Assembly: GCA_003169735.1 (NCBI GenBank)
Contig: PNAP01000025.1
Span: 179 to 64,178, forward strand
From: Chloroflexota bacterium
GTDB taxonomy: Bacteria > Chloroflexota > Limnocylindria > Limnocylindrales > CSP1-4
Length of the DNA: 64,000 nucleotides
Direction: 5' to 3'
Part shown: positions 54,257 through 63,462 of the stretch, one piece after another
Layout of the letters: every line of letters starts with the position of its first letter
Position numbering within the stretch: position 1 is the stretch's first letter
Position numbers and translations under genes: made by a program
The notes under the pieces: generated by a model
The model's input: the letters and a program-made list of their open reading frames with translations, nothing else
Databases searched by the model: none
What the model was told of the DNA's origin: nothing

Positions 54257-55156
54257 TCACGACTTGACGGAGCCCGCCAGAAGCCCCCGGATGAATGACC
54301 GCTGGAGGATCAGGAACACCACCATCGGCACGAGCATCGTCACGAAAGCGCCGGCGGTCAGGATGTGCCATTGCTCTTGATGACTTCCGACGAGAAGGCT
54401 GAGCGCCGTTGGCATGACCACGACGCTCGAGTTGATGCCCAGGAAGACGAGCGCGACCAGCAGGTCATTCCAGACCCAGAGGAACTGGAAGATCGCGAAT
54501 GCGCCGAGCGCCGGGACGGACAAGGGCAGCACGATCCTGGTGAACACCTGGAAGTGCGACGCTCCATCGATAGCGGCTGACTCGAAGAGGTCCTTGGGCA
54601 GCTGCGAGATGAAGTTGTAGAGCAGGAAGATCGCCAGCGGGAGCCCGAACGCCGTATGCGCCAACCAGATACCCAGGAACGTGCCCTGCAAGTGGAGCTG
54701 GGAGTACACCTGGAGGATGGGGATGAGCGACATCTGGATGGGCACCACCAGCAGTCCCACCACGATGGTGAACAGGATGCCCCGTCCCGGGAAGCGGATC
54801 CAGGCGAACGCGTAGGCAGCGAACGCGGCCATCGTGATCGGGATGACCGTCGATGGGATGGTCACGATCAGGCTGTTCAGAAAGGCGTTGCCCATGCCGT
54901 CGCTGTTGATGACCTGGGAGTAGTTGTTCAGCGTCCACTGGCTCAGATTGAATGGGTTCAGGAGCGCGCTCCACCAGCCGGTCACCGTGATGTCCTGGCC
55001 GGGTCGCACGGAGCTGACCAGCAGGCCGAGGGTCGGGATGAACCAGATGACGCAGATCCCGATGACCGCGAATCGCAACGGCGCCCGATTGAGCCAGGCC
55101 GGTCGCCAAGGGCCACGGGGTGCCATCGTTCGGACGGTCTGGGCTGGCGCGGTCAT
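54257..55156 (-). CDS. Carbohydrate ABC transporter permease (MalG/UgpE-like)
   Basis: Six TM helices with an EAA-loop region. Confidence 0.85.
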   Translation of the reverse strand: MTAPAQTVRTMAPRGPWRPAWLNRAPLRFAVIGICVIWFIPTLGLLVSSVRPGQDITVTGWWSALLNPFNLSQWTLNNYSQVINSDGMGNAFLNSLIVTIPSTVIPITMAAFAAYAFAWIRFPGRGILFTIVVGLLVVPIQMSLIPILQVYSQLHLQGTFLGIWLAHTAFGLPLAIFLLYNFISQLPKDLFESAAIDGASHFQVFTRIVLPLSVPALGAFAIFQFLWVWNDLLVALVFLGINSSVVVMPTALSLLVGSHQEQWHILTAGAFVTMLVPMVVFLILQRSFIRGLLAGSVKS

Positions 55157-56349
55157 GCTCCGACTCCCTGGTGGCGAAGGTTGCGAAGGTTGATGTACAT
55201 CACCGGTAACACGGCGATGAGCAGGATCACGGCGAGGGCGGCGCCGATTCCCGGCTGGTTGAACTGGAACACCTCGTCATACATCCGGTTGGCGATGACG
55301 TCCGTGCCCGACCGACCGCCGGTCATGACATAGACGATGTCGAAGATCTTGAGGACGGCGATGGCGACGGTGGTCGCGACGGTGATGATCGAGCCCTTGA
55401 TCATCGGCACGATGACCCGGAAGAAGAGCTGGCGTTCATTCGCGCCGTCCAGGCGCGCGGCCTCCACGACCTCGGTCGAGACGCCCTTGATGGCCGCCGA
55501 GAGGATGACCATCGAGAAACCGGTCTGGAGCCAGACCATGATGACGATCAACAGGTACGTGTTGATCGGCTGCGTGTGCACCCAATCGAGTGGTTGGCCG
55601 CCGGCCGCGGTGTAGATGGCGTTGAACAGGCCGTACTGCGGCGCACCCGGCGGCCGATAGGCGTAGACGAACTGCCAGATCACCGACGCACCGACCAGCG
55701 AGATCGCCAGCGGCAGGAAGATGAACGTCTTGGCCAGGGCCTCGCGCTTGACCCGATCGACCAGGCCGGCGATCAACAGACCGAGGCCGACGCTGCCGGA
55801 CGTGGCGACGACCAGCCAGATGACGTTGTTCAAGATGACGTGGGGGAAGTCCTGCGTCCCGAGCGTTGCGTAGTTGGCCAGCGGGTTGGCGAGGGCCGCC
55901 CCGTTGTTCCCGTGGGTGAAGCTCTGGTAGATCGTGGCGATGGTCGGATAGACGAGGTAGATGCCCAGCAGCGTGATGGCTGGCAGCACGAACACCCACG
56001 GGATGATCCGCTGCTGCTTGCGCAGGCTGAGCAGCCCGACGACCGCGCTGACGCCGGTGTACAGGAGCCAGACGCCGCCGACGCCGACGAGGAGCGCCAT
56101 GGCGGCCAGGACGAGCTTGGCCACGAACTGATCGCCGCCGCCATTGCGCAGGGCGGTCGCGCCCGCGTTGTTACCGAGAAGCTGGTAGATCCCCGCCAGG
56201 AGGTTCTCGGCGCCATTCTTGTCGTACAGGAAGGCCGTTCCGAAGACGACGATCGCCAGCCCGATGACCGCGCCGATCGGGAGCAGGAAGCGACGGAGAG
56301 TGTCGTCCCGCGCAGCGTCCCGATCCTTGTCCCTGACCCCGCCAGTCAT
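55153..56349 (-). CDS. Carbohydrate ABC transporter permease (MalF/UgpA-like)
   Basis: TM profile with an EAA-like loop; 4-nt overlap with the downstream permease. Confidence 0.85.
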   Translation of the reverse strand: MTGGVRDKDRDAARDDTLRRFLLPIGAVIGLAIVVFGTAFLYDKNGAENLLAGIYQLLGNNAGATALRNGGGDQFVAKLVLAAMALLVGVGGVWLLYTGVSAVVGLLSLRKQQRIIPWVFVLPAITLLGIYLVYPTIATIYQSFTHGNNGAALANPLANYATLGTQDFPHVILNNVIWLVVATSGSVGLGLLIAGLVDRVKREALAKTFIFLPLAISLVGASVIWQFVYAYRPPGAPQYGLFNAIYTAAGGQPLDWVHTQPINTYLLIVIMVWLQTGFSMVILSAAIKGVSTEVVEAARLDGANERQLFFRVIVPMIKGSIITVATTVAIAVLKIFDIVYVMTGGRSGTDVIANRMYDEVFQFNQPGIGAALAVILLIAVLPVMYINLRNLRHQGVGA

Positions 56350-56444
56350 GAACTCCCTCCTCTGAACGGCCTCTTGGAGATAGTACAGGGGCGCGCTACT
56401 CGCTGGCAGCGCGCCCCTGCAGTATTCAGGCCTTCAAACGACCG

Positions 56445-58037
56445 TCAGGGGGTCGCCGGCCAACTTGCGTCGATGGCGTCGAGGACGGTCTTGGTGTCGG
56501 GGTTCGTCCCTCCACCGTTGATCCAGTCCGTCAACTCGGACCATTCCGTTCCTGCGCCGACCGCGGCCGGCATCAGGTCAGAAGCGTCGAAACCGAAGGA
56601 CGTCGCCTTCGCGACGATGTCGGCTGCGACCTGAAGCTTGTACGCCCCCGCATACCAATCGGTCGGCGTGGTCGAGTTTGCGGAGATGGCGCTGCCTGCC
56701 TGGATCCAGCGCTCGGTGCCTTCGGGGGTGGCGAGGAACTCGGCCACAGCCTCGACCTCGGGCCGAACGGCAGAGCCATCCGGGGGAGCGGGGACGAGGA
56801 GCGTGTCGCCAGAGCCCTCGACCGGCGTTCCCTCGGCGGGATCGATGGTCGGGAAGTAGAACAGGCCGATGTCCTGTCCGAGGATGTACTTGGACACCGT
56901 GCCGGCGCCGCCGGCCTTGACATCCGGGAAGAAGTCCGGGCCGTACCACGTGGCCTGCTTCTGCATCCAGCAGCCGGGCGTCGTGGCGGTCCAGTTGTCA
57001 GTGCCGTCCGTCGGGAACATCGGGTCCATCGGGTCGGTCTGCGGCGTTGCGATGATGGAGGTCGGGCCACCAGCGACGTAGCCCGGCGTGAAGAAGATCT
57101 TGGCTGCGTCGTTCATCGCAAGCGTGACCTGCGGAGAATCGAACAGCAGCTTGTGGGTGATCCAGTTGTTGTAGTCGCTGATGGGCGCGGTCTTGAGCAT
57201 GATCTCTTCGAGCCAGTCAGTGGCCTGCCAGCCGGTCGCGGTGCCGGCACCCATGCCGATGCACCACGGATGGCCGCCAGCCGCAACGATCTGGTCGGAC
57301 AGGGCCATGAGGTCGTCCCACGTCTTCGGCACGGCGTACCCGGCGGCCGCGAAGGACTTGATGGGATACCAGACGACGGACTTGACGTCGACCTTGTACG
57401 GAACGCCCCAGATATGGGTGCCATCGGTCAGGTTGCCGATGGTCGCCTGGTGCTCAGCGGTGAGCTTGGTGGGGTCCATGAACGTCGCGACGTCGACGAG
57501 CTTGTTCTCCTTGCCATACGCGACGACCGCGGACGGCTGGGCAAGCATCGCCAGGTCAGGCGGAGCGCCACCCTCGATGCGCGTGCGAAGCACGGTCTCG
57601 TGGCTGGAGCCGACGCCCTCGATGTTGACGACGATGCCGGTCGCGGCCTCGAAGTCAGCCAGTGATGCGGTGAAGTTGGCGCCCTCGCCGCCGATCCACT
57701 GGGTCTGGATGTCGACGGTCTTGCCCGCGTAGGGCTTGTCCGAACCGAGCGCCTTGTCGAGCTCGGTATAGCCGGTCGGAACCTTCGGCACGGCCGGCGT
57801 GAGTGCGGCGGTGGCCGTCGGCGCGGGCGTCCCGGTGGGGGCGGTCGTGGCGGTCGGCGCGGGCGTCCCGGTTGCCGGAGCCGGAGTCACGACGGGTGTC
57901 GGCACCGGCGTCCCGGTTGCGGGAGCCGGAGTCACAACGGGTGTCGGCACGGGCGTCGGTGACGTCGTCGTGCCCCCGCAGGCCGCGAACACAAGCCCAA
58001 ACGAGGCTGCGAGCGCGAGCCATCTGTGTTTCTGCAT
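56445..58037 (-). CDS. Sugar ABC transporter substrate-binding lipoprotein (family 1 SBP) with Pro/Thr-rich linker
   Basis: Lipobox LVFAACGG, (PTPVVTPAPATGT)x2 linker and an SBP_bac_1-like body. GGAGGA Shine-Dalgarno 12 nt upstream. Confidence 0.85.
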   Translation of the reverse strand: MQKHRWLALAASFGLVFAACGGTTTSPTPVPTPVVTPAPATGTPVPTPVVTPAPATGTPAPTATTAPTGTPAPTATAALTPAVPKVPTGYTELDKALGSDKPYAGKTVDIQTQWIGGEGANFTASLADFEAATGIVVNIEGVGSSHETVLRTRIEGGAPPDLAMLAQPSAVVAYGKENKLVDVATFMDPTKLTAEHQATIGNLTDGTHIWGVPYKVDVKSVVWYPIKSFAAAGYAVPKTWDDLMALSDQIVAAGGHPWCIGMGAGTATGWQATDWLEEIMLKTAPISDYNNWITHKLLFDSPQVTLAMNDAAKIFFTPGYVAGGPTSIIATPQTDPMDPMFPTDGTDNWTATTPGCWMQKQATWYGPDFFPDVKAGGAGTVSKYILGQDIGLFYFPTIDPAEGTPVEGSGDTLLVPAPPDGSAVRPEVEAVAEFLATPEGTERWIQAGSAISANSTTPTDWYAGAYKLQVAADIVAKATSFGFDASDLMPAAVGAGTEWSELTDWINGGGTNPDTKTVLDAIDASWPATP

Positions 58038-58168
58038 CTGTACCTATCCTCCTCGTGGATCCTCGATCCTCAGACCCCGTGACGGCAAGGCGCCGTCATC
58101 TCGTCCTTCTTGATGGGTCCTCTCCGCCGTCGCAACGGCGTTGCCTCTTCCCGTCCTCCACCTCCTCC

Positions 58169-59149
58169 TCAAGGTCCCATTCGCGGGCGCATTCGGGCGA
58201 TGCCTGCGCGGGCGATCACCGCTGCCCCATGCGCCACCGGATCGGTGTCGCCTGGGACCACGCGGATGACACCAGCGGGCACCGCATGACGAATGAGCGA
58301 CGAACTGGCACGCTCCCGTTCCAGCTCGCGCTCGATGGGTTCGATGAAGGCGTCGCCGGATGCGACGACGCCACCGCCGATGTAGACGCGCTCGAGCCCG
58401 AACATCAGCACCAGGGCACGGACGGCTCGGGCAACATGGGCGCCGACTTCGGTGGCGATGCTTGCAGCCACGGGATCACCGGCGGCGGCAGCACGGAAGA
58501 CGGCCTCTGCCGTGACCGGCCCGTCGGCCAGCATCGTCGTCTGCCCGGCCTCCACCGCGGCGCGGCCGCGCCGCTCGATGGCCGGACCGGCAGCGACCGC
58601 TTCCAGGCACCCGCGCAACCCGCAGCCACACGACGGGCCGTTCGGGTCGGCGGAAACGTGGCCGATCTCGCCGGCCAGGCCGGCCGCGCCACGGACGGGT
58701 ACGCCATCGAGGACGATGCCGGCCGAGATGCCGGTGCCCATGCTCAGGTAGGCGATATGGGTCATGCGATAGTCGTCCTTGTCGGGCGGCGATTCGAACA
58801 GCCACGCAGCGGCGGCCCTCGCATCGTGCTCCACGAAACAGGGCACGCCCAGTGCCGTCTGGACCATGCCGGCGATCGGGAGCTCCCCTTCTTCAAGATT
58901 GACGGCCTGCCGGATCCGTCCGCCGGCTACGTCGATCTGGCCGGGCGCCGCGATGCCGACACCGACGAGCCGTCCAGCACCGACCGGCACCTGGGCGAGC
59001 GCCTCCCGTGCGGCGTCGATGACGGCATCGGTCAGGCCGCGGCGAGGCGTGACGACCTGTGCCCGACCGACCGGGCGGTCGGCCTCATCGAAGAGGACAG
59101 CGGCCGTCTTGGTTCCGCCGACGTCGATGCCGAGCACGAACGCGGTCAT
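58169..59149 (-). CDS. ROK family sugar kinase (glucokinase / N-acetylglucosamine kinase-like)
   Basis: LGIDVGGTKTAAVL, zinc motif CGCGLRGCLE and EIGH. The ATG at 59149 is preferred over ORF start 59218. Confidence 0.8.
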   Translation of the reverse strand: MTAFVLGIDVGGTKTAAVLFDEADRPVGRAQVVTPRRGLTDAVIDAAREALAQVPVGAGRLVGVGIAAPGQIDVAGGRIRQAVNLEEGELPIAGMVQTALGVPCFVEHDARAAAAWLFESPPDKDDYRMTHIAYLSMGTGISAGIVLDGVPVRGAAGLAGEIGHVSADPNGPSCGCGLRGCLEAVAAGPAIERRGRAAVEAGQTTMLADGPVTAEAVFRAAAAGDPVAASIATEVGAHVARAVRALVLMFGLERVYIGGGVVASGDAFIEPIERELERERASSSLIRHAVPAGVIRVVPGDTDPVAHGAAVIARAGIARMRPRMGP

Positions 59150-59228
59150 GGCCGCCGAGGCCGTCAACCTGTTCGATGCGGCAACAGGCGGCAGACCGGT
59201 GGCGGACGACTGGCTCATCGGCGGTCGC

Positions 59229-60485
59229 TCATGCCGCTGGGCTCAATCCGAGTTCGCGGGTCATCAGCAGCGCGGCCGATCCCAGCACCACGATGTTGGG
59301 CGTCAGCTTGCCGATCTCGACGCGCGTCGCATCGACGAGCAGCGTCAGGGCGCTCCGTTGCGCCTCTCGCCGAATGGCAGCGAGCCAGGGATCGCCGAAG
59401 ACGGTCATCGCCCCGACCAGGATCACGTGCGATGGGTCGAGCGAGCCGATGAGCGCGCCGATGGTCCGTCCGAGGTGGTGGGCCGAGTCGAGGACCACCT
59501 CCCTCGCGAGCCTGTCGTGTGCCTCGAACGCTGAGACGAGGCGCGCGAACGTGATGTCTTCGGGATCCGTCGTGCCGTGGAGGACGGAGTCGGGCGCGTC
59601 CGGCGCGAGTTCCCGCGCTCGTTCGAGGACCGCGTGCATGGTGGCCACCGTCTCGAGGCACCCTACACGACCGCATCGACAGATGCGCCGGTTATCTGCG
59701 ACCGCCGTGTGTCCGATCTCGCCCGCTCCCGACCTGGTGCCCTGGAAGAGCCGGCCATCGAGCACCAGCCCCGCCCCGATGCCTTCGCCGACCTTGACCA
59801 CCAGGAGGTTGCTCGAGCCATGATGGCCGAAGGCGTACTCGGCCAACGCCGCCGCCTGCGAGTCGTTCGCGACATAGACCGGCAGCCGGTAGCGCTTCTG
59901 GAGCCGCTCGCCGAGCGCCAGGTCGTGCCAGTCGAGGTTGACCGCCCAGCGCACCGTCCCGGTCGCGGTATCGATGAAACCCGGCGTGCCCAGGCCGATG
60001 CCGAGGAGTGGCTTGTCGGTGGCGGCGACGAGCCGATCGAGCAGATCCTCGATGCGTGACAGGGCCTGTTCGCCGTCGCGGCCGTCAAGCGGCACCTGGG
60101 ATTCGTGGCGGACGTGGCCGCGCAGATCGACGATGGCCCCCGACACGCGGCTGTCACCGACGTCCACGCCGATCAAGTGGCGCGCCTCATCGGGCACGTT
60201 GAGCAGGATGGGCGCCTTGCCGCCGGTCGAGCGACCCGTGCCCACCTCTTCGGTCAGGCCGGAGCGGATGAGGTGCTCGACGGCGCCAGAAACGGTCGTG
60301 CGGGTCAGGCCCGTGGCTCGCGCGACATCAGCGCGACTGGTCGGGCTGCTGTCGTAGATGACCTTCAGCACGAGCCGTTGGTTGAACAGGCGTGTCCCTT
60401 GATTGGTGGCCTTCTGGAGCACAGCACCGCTCGACTTGGACTTTGTCCATGGGCTGAACAAAGCCACGATACGCCCCTTTGTCAA
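59229..60485 (-). CDS. ROK family transcriptional repressor (NagC/Mlc-like)
   Basis: N-terminal wHTH (SRADVARATGLTRTTVSGAVEHLIRSGL) plus a ROK sugar-binding domain with CRCGRVGCLE. An alternative GTG start at 60422 would place both TGGAC palindromes upstream. Confidence 0.8.
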   Translation of the reverse strand: MTKGRIVALFSPWTKSKSSGAVLQKATNQGTRLFNQRLVLKVIYDSSPTSRADVARATGLTRTTVSGAVEHLIRSGLTEEVGTGRSTGGKAPILLNVPDEARHLIGVDVGDSRVSGAIVDLRGHVRHESQVPLDGRDGEQALSRIEDLLDRLVAATDKPLLGIGLGTPGFIDTATGTVRWAVNLDWHDLALGERLQKRYRLPVYVANDSQAAALAEYAFGHHGSSNLLVVKVGEGIGAGLVLDGRLFQGTRSGAGEIGHTAVADNRRICRCGRVGCLETVATMHAVLERARELAPDAPDSVLHGTTDPEDITFARLVSAFEAHDRLAREVVLDSAHHLGRTIGALIGSLDPSHVILVGAMTVFGDPWLAAIRREAQRSALTLLVDATRVEIGKLTPNIVVLGSAALLMTRELGLSPAA

Positions 60486-60503
60486 GGCTATGGACTAAGT
60501 CCA
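60437..60503. promoter_or_regulatory. Two palindromes TGGAC-ttt-GTCCA (60437..60449) and TGGAC-taa-GTCCA (60491..60503) at the divergent ROK-repressor / rrf2-suf junction
   Basis: Read directly from the sequence; 5-bp perfect arms 54 bp apart. Confidence 0.35.
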
Positions 60504-60548
60504 ACCAGGCAGTCAGTCCGCGCAACAAAGCATGCGTGAGGCCCCTCG

Positions 60549-60578
60549 TTGACGGCCGCGAGCGGGACCGGCTAAACT
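60549..60578 (+). promoter_or_regulatory. Candidate promoter for rrf2-suf operon (-35 TTGACG, 18-nt spacer, -10 TAAACT)
   Basis: Hexamers read directly, 48 nt upstream of the rrf2 ATG. Confidence 0.3.
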
Positions 60579-60625
60579 CAATCCTGACCAGAACACTCGG
60601 GATTAGGGTAGCCGCACCAGGACCT

Positions 60626-61156
60626 ATGAGAACCACCTTCCCCACCACCGGAGCCGTCCACTTCTCCACGCGCGGCGAATATGGCGTGCGCCTCATGGTC
60701 GAGCTTGCCCGCCATCACGGCACCGGGCCGATCAGCCTGACCGACATGGCCGATCATGAATCCCTGCCGCGGCCCTACCTCGAGCAACTCGTGGTCAGCC
60801 TGCGCGAAGCCGGCCTGGTGACGAGCACGCGCGGCGCCCACGGCGGCTACGAGCTGACGAGGGACCCGGCCGACATTCGCATGGGCGAGGTGGTGCGGGC
60901 TCTCGAAGGCCCCATCGCGCCGATGATCTGCGCGAGCGAGGATCCGGCCCACGCCGGCCTGTGCGAGCGAACGAGTTTCTGTAATGTGAACTCGCTCTGG
61001 GGCCGCGTCCGCGACGCGGTCATCGGTGCGCTCGATTCGCTCAGCCTGGCCGAGCTCGCCCAGCCCCGCCCGGCGCACCCGTTCCATCCAGGGGCGCCCG
61101 CGCAACTGGTGAGCCACCGACCGGCACCGTCGACCACCCAGACCGTCAGCCGATAG
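60626..61156 (+). CDS. Rrf2 family transcriptional regulator (IscR/NsrR-like, 3-Cys Fe-S site)
   Basis: HFSTRGEYGVRLMVELARH...ISLTDMADHESLPRPYLEQLVVSLREAGLVTSTRGAHGGYEL and the Cys cluster CASEDPAHAGLCERTSFC. Confidence 0.8.
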   Translation: MRTTFPTTGAVHFSTRGEYGVRLMVELARHHGTGPISLTDMADHESLPRPYLEQLVVSLREAGLVTSTRGAHGGYELTRDPADIRMGEVVRALEGPIAPMICASEDPAHAGLCERTSFCNVNSLWGRVRDAVIGALDSLSLAELAQPRPAHPFHPGAPAQLVSHRPAPSTTQTVSR

Positions 61157-61163
61157 GGACCGC

Positions 61164-62066
61164 ATGACATCGACCGAGACCGCCCCGACCGAGACCGCCC
61201 TAGCCGCGACCCACGCGCCCGTGACCGACTACCCCGTGGACGATGCCGTGCTCGACATCCGCGACCTGCACGTCGTGCCACTGGCCGAGCCCGGCCGCGA
61301 GATCCTCGCCGGCATCGACCTCACCGTCCGCAAGGGCGAGGTCCACGCGATCATGGGTCGCAACGGGTCGGGCAAGACGACGCTCGCCTACGCGCTCATG
61401 GGCCACCCCGGATACCGCGTCACGCACGGCGAGGTCATCTGGAAGGGGCTGGACATCCTCAAGCTCTCGCCCGACAAGCGGGCACGCCTGGGGCTCTTCC
61501 TCGCCTTCCAGTATCCGACCGCCATCCCCGGCCTCTCCGTGGCGAGTTTCCTGCGCACCGCCTTGAATGCCAGGCGACGCGGCCTCGCCGATGGCGACGG
61601 CGAGATCGACCCGTCCGACATGACTCGTGGCGGCATCAAGATGGGCGAATTCCGGACCCTCATCCGCGAGACGATGGCGCTGCTCAAGCTGGACGACGCG
61701 TTCGCTGCGCGCTACGTCAACGAGGGCTTCTCCGGCGGCGAGAAGAAGCGCCTCGAGATGCTCCAGATGGCGATGCTCAAGCCCGAGTTCGCCATCCTCG
61801 ACGAGACCGACTCCGGCCTCGACATCGATGCGCTGCAGTCGGTCGGCAACAGCGTCAACGCGCTGCGCCACAGCGACGAGGGCAAGGACATCGGCTTCCT
61901 CGTCATCACCCACTATCCGCGCATCCTCAAGCACGTCCCGGCCGACCTGGTGCACATCATGATCGACGGCCGGATCGTCAAGAGCGGCGGCCCGGAGCTC
62001 GCCGACGAGATCGAACGCGACGGCTACGACGCGGTCCGCGACGAGGTTGCCGCGACCAGTGTCTAG
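61164..62066 (+). CDS. sufC: Fe-S cluster assembly ATPase SufC
   Basis: Walker A GRNGSGKTTLAYAL, ABC signature FSGGEKKR and Walker B FAILDETDSGLD. The GTG at 61248 (VLDIRDLHV) is an alternative start. Confidence 0.9.
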   Translation: MTSTETAPTETALAATHAPVTDYPVDDAVLDIRDLHVVPLAEPGREILAGIDLTVRKGEVHAIMGRNGSGKTTLAYALMGHPGYRVTHGEVIWKGLDILKLSPDKRARLGLFLAFQYPTAIPGLSVASFLRTALNARRRGLADGDGEIDPSDMTRGGIKMGEFRTLIRETMALLKLDDAFAARYVNEGFSGGEKKRLEMLQMAMLKPEFAILDETDSGLDIDALQSVGNSVNALRHSDEGKDIGFLVITHYPRILKHVPADLVHIMIDGRIVKSGGPELADEIERDGYDAVRDEVAATSV

Positions 62067-63462
62067 CGGCACCATCGCAGGCGTTACCGCGCCGGCGTTC
62101 ACCCCGACGGCGGCGACGCTCGAAACGGCGATCGCCTTCCTGGCGCAGCACCCCGGCCACGGCGGGGCGGTCGATGCCGCGACGCGCCGCGAAGCGTTGG
62201 CGCGCTACGAAGCGCTGCCCGCGCCCGGCGCGCGGCCCAGCCGCGGTTGGAAGTACGACTACGCGAACCTGCCGTTCGAGGATCTGAGCTGGACATCGGA
62301 CCGCCGCAGCGTCGCGACGAGCCCCTTCGCCGCCGCCGCGCCGCCCGACGCGTCCGGCGCCGATCACCCCGCGCTGCAGACCGCGAGCGCCGGCGGGCTC
62401 GTGCACCTCGGCGCGACGCTGCTCCACCTTCGACCGGCTCAGCATGACATGCCCGAGGCCGCGTCGCGACGCGATGCGCGCGTCGTCATCCTGCCGCTCG
62501 CCGACGCCGCCGGCGCGGCGGAGCCGGCGCTGATGCGCGCGCTCGACACGATCGTCGACTGGCGCGGCGACAAGTTCACCGCGCTCGCGACCGCGTTTCA
62601 GAACTGCGGCGCGTTCGTCTACGTCCCCGACGGTGTCCAACTCGACGAGCCGATCCAGCTCGTCTTCGCCGGCGCACCGGACGACGAAGCGGTTTTTCCG
62701 CACGTCGTCGTGGTGGTCGGCAACGGCGCACGCGCGACCGTGCTCGAGCGGCACGTCGGCGCCGGCGATCCGTTCGTGTGCGGGATCGTCGAAGCGCACG
62801 TCGGCGAGGGTGCGCAGCTCGACTACGCCGTCGTGCAGCAAGCCGGCGAAGCCGCCCGCCTGATGTTCACGCGCGGCGCACGCTGCGACCGCGACGGGCA
62901 GGTCCGCTGGCATCTGGCCGAGCTCGGCGGCGCGCTCGCGCGCACCGTCCTGGCCGCGCGGCTCGACGCACCCGGCGGTCGCGCCGAAGCCTCGGCGCTC
63001 TTCTTCAACACCGGAACCCAGCACGTCGACCTCCTCTCGGGCGTCGACCACACCGTTGGACCGACCACGTCCGACACCGTCGTGCGCAGCGCCGCGACCG
63101 ATCGCGGCCAAGGTCGCTACGTGGGCAACATCGTGATCCGGCCGAAGGCGCACGGTAGCGACGCCTCGTTGCGCGACGACGCGCTGCTGCTCTCGAAGCG
63201 GGCGCACATCGACTCCATCCCCGCCCTGGAGATCGCCGCCAACGACGTCAAGGCGTTCCACGGAGCGACCGTCGGATCGCTGGACGAAGACGCGCTCTTC
63301 TATGCGGGCACCCGCGGGATAGCGCGCGCCGAAGCGCTGCGCCTCATCACGCTGGGCTTTTTCGAGCCCGTGATCGCGCGCTTCCCGAGCGAGGCGCTGC
63401 GCGACGAGGTTCGCTCCGCGCTGGACCGCAAACTCGACGACGCGACGGAGCTCGGCGCATGA
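62047..63462 (+). CDS. sufD: Fe-S cluster assembly protein SufD (SufB/SufD family)
   Basis: Conserved C-terminus PALEIAANDVKAFHGATVGSLDEDALFYAGTRGI with a poorly conserved Ala/Pro-rich N-terminus (SufD-like). TTG at 62047 or GTG at 62059 overlaps the sufC stop. Confidence 0.75.
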   Translation: MPRPVSSGTIAGVTAPAFTPTAATLETAIAFLAQHPGHGGAVDAATRREALARYEALPAPGARPSRGWKYDYANLPFEDLSWTSDRRSVATSPFAAAAPPDASGADHPALQTASAGGLVHLGATLLHLRPAQHDMPEAASRRDARVVILPLADAAGAAEPALMRALDTIVDWRGDKFTALATAFQNCGAFVYVPDGVQLDEPIQLVFAGAPDDEAVFPHVVVVVGNGARATVLERHVGAGDPFVCGIVEAHVGEGAQLDYAVVQQAGEAARLMFTRGARCDRDGQVRWHLAELGGALARTVLAARLDAPGGRAEASALFFNTGTQHVDLLSGVDHTVGPTTSDTVVRSAATDRGQGRYVGNIVIRPKAHGSDASLRDDALLLSKRAHIDSIPALEIAANDVKAFHGATVGSLDEDALFYAGTRGIARAEALRLITLGFFEPVIARFPSEALRDEVRSALDRKLDDATELGA

